A stretch of 64,000 nt of DNA from Propionibacteriaceae bacterium (lineage in GTDB: Bacteria > Actinomycetota > Actinomycetes > Propionibacteriales > Propionibacteriaceae), in the NCBI GenBank assembly GCA_050996715.1, contig JBPCRP010000025.1, positions 8,032-72,031 of the forward strand. The letters are read 5' to 3'. Below the pieces are notes generated by a model. It had not been told where the DNA came from. It did no database searches and saw only the letters and a list, made by a program, of their open reading frames with translations. Both the position numbers and the translations under genes were made by a program. Below are positions 58,679 through 64,000 of this stretch, one piece after another. Positions within the stretch are counted from its first letter, which is position 1. Each line of letters begins with the position of its first letter.

Positions 58679-59786
58679 CACCGTTGACGACACCCGCACT
58701 CCCGGGCCAGGGGTAATCGACACCGGCCCGGTGCTGCGCCGGCTGTCGGTGCTGGACCGGTGGCTGCCCGCCTGGATCCTGGCCGCCATGGCCCTCGGTC
58801 TGCTGCTCGGCCGGCTGATCCCGGGACTGGCCGAGGCGCTGGACGCGGTCAAGGTCGGGTCGGTGTCGCTGCCGATCGCGGTCGGTCTGCTCGTGATGAT
58901 GTATCCGGTGCTCGCCAAGGTCCGCTACACCGACACCGGGACCGTGCTGCGGGACCGGCGGCTGATGGTCGCCTCGCTGGCCATCAACTGGCTGCTGGCG
59001 CCGGCGTTCATGTTCACCCTGGCCTGGTTGTTCCTGCCCGACCTGCCCGAGTACCGCACCGGGCTGATCATCGTCGGCCTCGCCCGCTGCATCGCGATGG
59101 TGCTGATCTGGAACGACCTGGCCTGCGGCGACCGCGAGGCGGCCGCCGTCCTGGTGGCGGTCAACTCCGTCTTCCAGGTCGTCGCGTTCGGGGCGTTGGG
59201 CTGGTTCTATCTGCAGGTGCTGCCAGGCTGGCTCGGCCTGCCCACCACCACCACCGGGTTCTCGGTCTGGGCGATCACCGTCAGTGTGCTGATCTTCCTC
59301 GGCATCCCGCTGGTCGCCGGCTATCTCACCCGCACCTTCGGGGAGAGGACGCGGGGCCGGGACTGGTACGAGTCGACCGTGCTGCCCCAGATCGGGCCGT
59401 GGGCCCTCTACGGACTGCTGTTCACCATCGTGGTGCTGTTCGCTCTCCAGGGCCACACCATCAGCGAACGGCCCCTGGACGTGGTCCGGATCGCCCTGCC
59501 GCTGCTGGTCTACTTCGCCGTCGTCTTCACCGCCGGCATGGTGCTCGGCCGCGCCCTGAAGCTGGGCTACCCCCGCACCACCACGTTGGCGTTCACCGCC
59601 GCCGGCAACAATTTCGAGCTGGCTATCGCCGTTGCGATCGCCACCTTCGGCGTCACCTCCGGCCAGGCTCTCGCCGGAGTCGTCGGGCCGCTGATCGAGG
59701 TGCCCGCCCTGGTCGGACTGGTCTACGTCGCTCTGTGGGCCCGCCGCCACTTCCCGACCACCAGCCGACAGGAGGTCCGCCGGTGA
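58671..59786 (+). CDS. acr3: ACR3 family arsenite efflux transporter
   Basis: LSVLDRWLPAWIL... and 10 TM helices with an ACR3-like pattern. Overlaps arsM by 8 nt. Confidence 0.85.
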   Translation: MSDTVDDTRTPGPGVIDTGPVLRRLSVLDRWLPAWILAAMALGLLLGRLIPGLAEALDAVKVGSVSLPIAVGLLVMMYPVLAKVRYTDTGTVLRDRRLMVASLAINWLLAPAFMFTLAWLFLPDLPEYRTGLIIVGLARCIAMVLIWNDLACGDREAAAVLVAVNSVFQVVAFGALGWFYLQVLPGWLGLPTTTTGFSVWAITVSVLIFLGIPLVAGYLTRTFGERTRGRDWYESTVLPQIGPWALYGLLFTIVVLFALQGHTISERPLDVVRIALPLLVYFAVVFTAGMVLGRALKLGYPRTTTLAFTAAGNNFELAIAVAIATFGVTSGQALAGVVGPLIEVPALVGLVYVALWARRHFPTTSRQEVRR

Positions 59787-60205
59787 CCCGGGTGCTGTTC
59801 GTCTGCGTCAAGAACGGCGGCAAGTCCCAGCTGGCCGCCGGTTTGTTCCGCCATGCCGTTGCCCGTGACCCGGACCGAGGCACGTGGCAGGTCGAGTCGG
59901 CCGGCACGAAGGCGGGCACCACGCTGAACGAGTTGTCGGTGGAATCGTTGGCTGAGGTCGGGGTCGACATCACCGACCAGCAGCCCCGGCAGCTGACCCG
60001 CGAGCTGCAGCAGGCCGCGGACGTGGTCGTCACCGTCGGCGAAGCCGACGTCGAGCCGCTGCCCGGACCTACCTACGAGACCTGGGAGATCGACGAGCCG
60101 TCGCTGCGGGGCATCGACGGGATCGACCGGATGCGGCTGGTCCGCGACGACATCACCCGACACGTCCACGATCTCCACCACCGCCTCACCAGCAACCCTT
60201 CCTGA
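59783..60205 (+). CDS. arsC: arsenate reductase, LMW-PTP fold, mycothiol-transferase type
   Basis: VLFVCVKNGGKSQ resembles the corynebacterial ArsC1/C2 motif FVCVGNGGKSQ. A GTGA overlap joins it to acr3. Confidence 0.75.
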   Translation: MTRVLFVCVKNGGKSQLAAGLFRHAVARDPDRGTWQVESAGTKAGTTLNELSVESLAEVGVDITDQQPRQLTRELQQAADVVVTVGEADVEPLPGPTYETWEIDEPSLRGIDGIDRMRLVRDDITRHVHDLHHRLTSNPS

Positions 60206-60386
60206 CCTCAACGTCTGATCCCCGAGGGAAACCCCGCCGCGGGTGAGCCGTCTGTGGTCTTGCCGTGGCTTCGGCGTCGTGTCGGCATCCAGCATCATTT
60301 CCTTGCAGTCTGCGGGACGGAGGCGATACGGCCGCGGGTTCCGGCGTACGTCCCCGGCGTGGCTGCAGCACTGGCACCTCTCCGGT

Positions 60387-60653
60387 TTACGACCGGTAGG
60401 CGTCGGCGCGACCACGAATGTCAAGCACCATCACGAGCCGCCGACCGTCGTCGATGCGGTATCGGATCCGATAACTGCTGCGTCGCGCGACCCATTGTCC
60501 GGCGAACGGTGCTCGCAACGGCGTCCCCACTCGGTGGGGGTTGTCGCGAAGGGGTCCGTCGAGGAGCTCCCCTGCTGCCGCGGCCACCGCTACGGGAAGT
60601 TCATCGGTCAGGGCTCGGCGCGCTGGGCGGGCGACTTCCAGGTCGTACCTCAC
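60387..60653 (-). CDS. type II toxin, RelE/ParE family
   Basis: 88 aa; ...LRDNPHRVGTPLRAPFAGQWVARRSSYRIRYRIDD..RLVMVLDIRGRADAY. Confidence 0.8.
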   Translation of the reverse strand: MRYDLEVARPARRALTDELPVAVAAAAGELLDGPLRDNPHRVGTPLRAPFAGQWVARRSSYRIRYRIDDGRRLVMVLDIRGRADAYRS

Positions 60654-60949
60654 AGCCTGCCGTTGGCGCGTCGCATTCGCTCAGCGACGAGGTCGCCCAT
60701 GTCCTCACCGCTCGTCGCCTCGCCGGCAGCGAGCGACTCTTCGGCCTCGGCAAGCCGCTCTTGGTCGACCGGATCGCTGAGGAGGGCGAGAGTCTCCATG
60801 ATCGATTCGTAGTCGTCGATCGAGAGGACCACAGCGGTGGGCGTGCCGTTGCGGGTGATGGTGAGCGTGTCGTGGGTTCGGGCCACGTCGTCGACCAGGG
60901 CAGAGAGGCGGTCGCGGACCGTCGCGAGAGGCAGCGTCCTCATAGCCAT
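60650..60949 (-). CDS. type II antitoxin, Phd/YefM family
   Basis: MAMRTLPLATVRDRLSALVDDVARTHDTLTITRNGTPTAVVLSIDDYESIMETL. Overlaps the toxin start by 4 nt. Confidence 0.8.
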   Translation of the reverse strand: MAMRTLPLATVRDRLSALVDDVARTHDTLTITRNGTPTAVVLSIDDYESIMETLALLSDPVDQERLAEAEESLAAGEATSGEDMGDLVAERMRRANGRL

Positions 60950-61002
60950 GATTGTCGCCAACGGCGCGGACGTGCTGGGAGCGTGTGGGTCGTCAGGTGT
61001 CC

Positions 61003-64000
61003 TCAGCCGTCGATGGGCTCCGAGGTGCTCGGCAGGAACGTGAATCCGAAGCTCCGGTCGGCCAAGCTGAGCGCGTCCGGGTCCAACCGGTACGCGGGCA
61101 GCACCCCCGGCCCGCAGGCCGCCGTCCCGATGCCGTGCTCCCGGTGGTCCAGGGTGAGGTGCAGGCGTCCGTCGGGGGCCAGGTCGTAGGTGTGGTCGGC
61201 CGCGGCCAGGGCGGCGGTCGACCACGGCCGGGCCGCGAAGGAGAACCCGTCGTCGGCGCGCACCGTCAACCACGAGCCGGTGTCGGGATCGGTGAGGACC
61301 AGCGCCCCGGTGACCACCCGGGCGCCGTTCTCCTGCGGCCGGACGTACGGCTCCTGCAGGTCGGCGACCGAGGACCGCCACCAGCCGAGCCGCTGGCCCT
61401 GGCCGGTGTCGGGGTAGCGCTGGCCCGGGCCGTAGCCGGCCCAGCCGACGTCGCGCCAGCCGCCGTCGACGGTCAGCTGGACCCCGATCCGCGCCCACGT
61501 CGGACCCCAGTGCTCCCCCACCTGGAGGGTCGCCGCCACGCTGAGCGCGTCCCCGTCACTGGTCCAGCGCCAGGTCACGTCGACGAACGCGTCGGTGACC
61601 GCCGGCCCGACCCGCTGGGTGACCACGAGCGCGTCCCCGTCGACCGCCACGTCCAGCAGCCGGGTGACCAGCCGATCGAGGCCCTGGGCCGTCCAGCCGT
61701 CGGCGTCGCACGCCTGATCGGTGAAGTCGCGGCCGAGGTCGTTGTCGGTCGGCGCCCGCCACAGGTCGAGAACAGGTCCCTCGACCGCGTGGCCGCCGAG
61801 CCGCACCAGCGCTCCGGCCGCATCGAAATGTCCCGGACCGAGCGTCCACCCCGCGTCGCTGCGCTCCGGGGCCGAGGTGCCGGAGCTGGCTGGGACTTCG
61901 GCGGTGCCCGACCCGGCCAGGCCGGCGGGCGCCTGGGCCCACGCGACCTCGTGACCGAGCGGGGCCCACGGCAGGTCGACCCCGACGACCGCGGAGACCG
62001 TCAACACTGACGGCCCCTCGGGTCGTTGGTCGCGCGTCTCGTCCGGCAGGTCGTAGGTCACCGAGCCACCGGCGGGGCAGGACAGCGGTCCCACCGGGCC
62101 GCTGGCCACCGTCCCCTCCGGACCGTCGATCCGCCACTGCAGCACCAGATGATCACCGTCGGCGTGGTCGAAACCGCTGCGCACGGTGACCGTCTGCCAC
62201 TGCTCGTCGATGATCATCTTCACCGGCGCGACGACGGTCTTCCAGTCCCCCAGCGCCGGCCGCGGCCGGCGGTCCGCGTCGACCAGGCCGTCGCAGACGA
62301 AGTTGCCGTCGTGCACGACCTCGCCGAAGTCGCCGCCGTAGGCGAAGTAGGGCTCGACCGTGCCGTCGCTCCCCCGGTGCTCGGCCCGGATGCCGTGCTC
62401 GACCCACTCCCACACGAAGCCGCCGTTCAACCGTTCGTGGGCGTCGAAAAGATCCTGGTACTCGGTCATCCCACCCGGCCCGTTGCCCATGGCGTGCACG
62501 AACTCGCACTGGATGAACGGCAGCGCGCGTCGGTGCGCATCGGTTGTCTCGTCGAGCGGTCCGCTCGGGGTGGCGGCCGGCTCCGATCGGTTCCCGATCT
62601 GGGCGACCTCGTCGTGCGGCGCGTACATCCGGGAGTAGACGTCGACGTAGGTGCTGGCCCAGTCGCCTTCGTAGTGGACGAAACGCGACGGGTCGCGCTC
62701 CTTGGTCCAGTGCGCCATCGCCTCCAGGTTGGACCCGACGTGGCTCTCGTTGCCCAGCGACCAGCCGATCACGCACGGCCGGTTCTTGTCGCGTTCGACG
62801 GTTCGCCGCATCCGGTCGAGGTACGCCGGCGCCCAGACCGGGTCGGCGGACGGGTTGTCCCGCCAGGCCGCGAACAAGAAGCCGTGCGTCTCCAGGTCGC
62901 ACTCGTCGATCACCCAGAAGCCGAGCTCGTCGGCCAGCTCGAGCAGGTCGGGGTGCGGGGGGTAGTGCGAGGTGCGGATCGCGTTCACGTTGTGCTGCTT
63001 CATCAGCCGCAGCTCGGCGCGCAGCCGCTCGTAGGGCACCGCCCGACCATGATCAGGATCGTGCTCGTGCCGGTTGACCCCGCGGAACATGACCGGCTTG
63101 CCGTTGACCGTGATCGTGCCGTCCCAGCCGACCGTCCGGAAGCCGACCCACTCGGTGATCACCTCGGTGGGGGAAGTGATCACCAGCGCATAGCGCCGCG
63201 GCGTCTCGGCCGTCCAGCCCTGCACCGGTCCGACCATGATCGTCTCTCCGGGGCGACCGCGTACCCCCAGCTCGGCGATCTCGACCGTGGTGTCCTCGGC
63301 GGTCTGCCCGGTCTGCCCGGTCGGCCCGGTCGGCTCGGCGGTGTTCCGGGTCAGCTCGACCCGCAGCGTCCCGGTGCCGTCGTCGGCGTACCCGGCGTGG
63401 ATCTGCAGGTCCTCCACCGACCCGGCGGGATGAGCCAGCAGGGTGACGTCGCGAAAGATGCCCGGCAGCCACCACATGTCCTGGTCCTCGAGGTAGGAGG
63501 AGGCCGAGAACTGCGCCACCCGGACGGCGAGCAGGTTGGACCCGGGTCGGAGCACCCCGGTGACGTCGAACTCCTGGACCAGTCGGCTGCCGCGGGTCTG
63601 CCCGAGCCGGACGCCGTTGAGCCAGACCTCCCCGGTGTTGTCGATGCCGTCGAAGCGCAGCCGGGCGCCATCGGTGAAGCCGTCCGCGACGTCGAAGCGG
63701 AGCCGATAGTCCCCCACCGGGTTGGCGTCCGGCGGGTGCGGCGGGTCGACCGGGAACGGGAACTTCACGTTCGTGTACGCGGGCGCCCCGTAGCCATGGC
63801 GTCCCGGCCCCGGCAACGGCCAACTCGACGGCACCGGCAGCTCGTCCCAGGCGTGGTCGTCGAGCTCGGGGTCCTCGAACCCGGGGAGGGCCGTGGCCAC
63901 GGTCGTGGCGTAGCGGAACCGCCAACTGCCGTTCAGCGAGCGGCTGGGCAGACTCGTGGTGAACCGGGCCCGGGAACTGACGGTGCCTTCGCTGGGTGCG
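61003..64000 (-). CDS. beta-galactosidase, glycoside hydrolase family 2 (LacZ-like); 5' end beyond the window
   Basis: YTNVKFPFPVDPP, SYLEDQDMWWLPGIFRDV, NESHVG and FVHAMGNGPGG motifs. The reading frame stays open upstream of 63900 (SLNGSWRFRY...). Confidence 0.9.
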   Translation of the reverse strand, partial: APSEGTVSSRARFTTSLPSRSLNGSWRFRYATTVATALPGFEDPELDDHAWDELPVPSSWPLPGPGRHGYGAPAYTNVKFPFPVDPPHPPDANPVGDYRLRFDVADGFTDGARLRFDGIDNTGEVWLNGVRLGQTRGSRLVQEFDVTGVLRPGSNLLAVRVAQFSASSYLEDQDMWWLPGIFRDVTLLAHPAGSVEDLQIHAGYADDGTGTLRVELTRNTAEPTGPTGQTGQTAEDTTVEIAELGVRGRPGETIMVGPVQGWTAETPRRYALVITSPTEVITEWVGFRTVGWDGTITVNGKPVMFRGVNRHEHDPDHGRAVPYERLRAELRLMKQHNVNAIRTSHYPPHPDLLELADELGFWVIDECDLETHGFLFAAWRDNPSADPVWAPAYLDRMRRTVERDKNRPCVIGWSLGNESHVGSNLEAMAHWTKERDPSRFVHYEGDWASTYVDVYSRMYAPHDEVAQIGNRSEPAATPSGPLDETTDAHRRALPFIQCEFVHAMGNGPGGMTEYQDLFDAHERLNGGFVWEWVEHGIRAEHRGSDGTVEPYFAYGGDFGEVVHDGNFVCDGLVDADRRPRPALGDWKTVVAPVKMIIDEQWQTVTVRSGFDHADGDHLVLQWRIDGPEGTVASGPVGPLSCPAGGSVTYDLPDETRDQRPEGPSVLTVSAVVGVDLPWAPLGHEVAWAQAPAGLAGSGTAEVPASSGTSAPERSDAGWTLGPGHFDAAGALVRLGGHAVEGPVLDLWRAPTDNDLGRDFTDQACDADGWTAQGLDRLVTRLLDVAVDGDALVVTQRVGPAVTDAFVDVTWRWTSDGDALSVAATLQVGEHWGPTWARIGVQLTVDGGWRDVGWAGYGPGQRYPDTGQGQRLGWWRSSVADLQEPYVRPQENGARVVTGALVLTDPDTGSWLTVRADDGFSFAARPWSTAALAAADHTYDLAPDGRLHLTLDHREHGIGTAACGPGVLPAYRLDPDALSLADRSFGFTFLPSTSEPIDG

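Overview
This is a high-GC (about 70%) chromosomal segment, almost certainly from an actinobacterium. Evidence for that: an RpfB resuscitation-promoting factor, a Pmt protein mannosyltransferase, a mycothiol-type ArsC, and gene order resembling the M. tuberculosis Rv1002c-Rv1026 region as I recall it. The housekeeping backbone is rsmI, pmt, tatD, rpfB-ksgA-ispE, glmU-prs-rplY-pth, mfd, mazG, eno, ftsB-like, DUF501 and ppx, plus def and cbs. Accessory blocks are interleaved with it:
- a polyol/sugar kinase locus at 1-4.1 kb;
- a carotenoid cluster, idi-crtE-crtI-crtB, facing P450, two dehydrogenase-type genes and a methyltransferase (6-15.8 kb);
- a block of two Orc1/Cdc6-like AAA+ genes, VOC, MFS, MarR and a frameshifted ltrA-like pseudogene (41.1-46.65 kb);
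- an arsR / arsM-acr3-arsC operon, a Phd/ParE toxin-antitoxin pair, and a GH2 beta-galactosidase that runs off the right edge.
Two tRNA genes are present, and both fold non-canonically by hand.
The strongest signal not explained by genes is a set of 55-95 bp intergenic hairpin repeats. I count 13 copies in 5 sequence families. They have different, apparently covarying, terminal inverted repeats and a shared GCGTG(T) core. Several copies supply the stop codons of the flanking genes.
The best candidate for an undescribed protein system is the two-gene Orc1/Cdc6-like AAA+ pair with a wHTH domain at 41146-43239. An AT-rich quasi-palindrome sits on its apparently leaderless start.
Several non-multiple-of-3 tandem repeats (8 bp, 13 bp) and in-frame coding repeats (15 bp, 18 bp) are also reported.
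All protein calls come from motif recognition in the supplied translations; no database search was possible.
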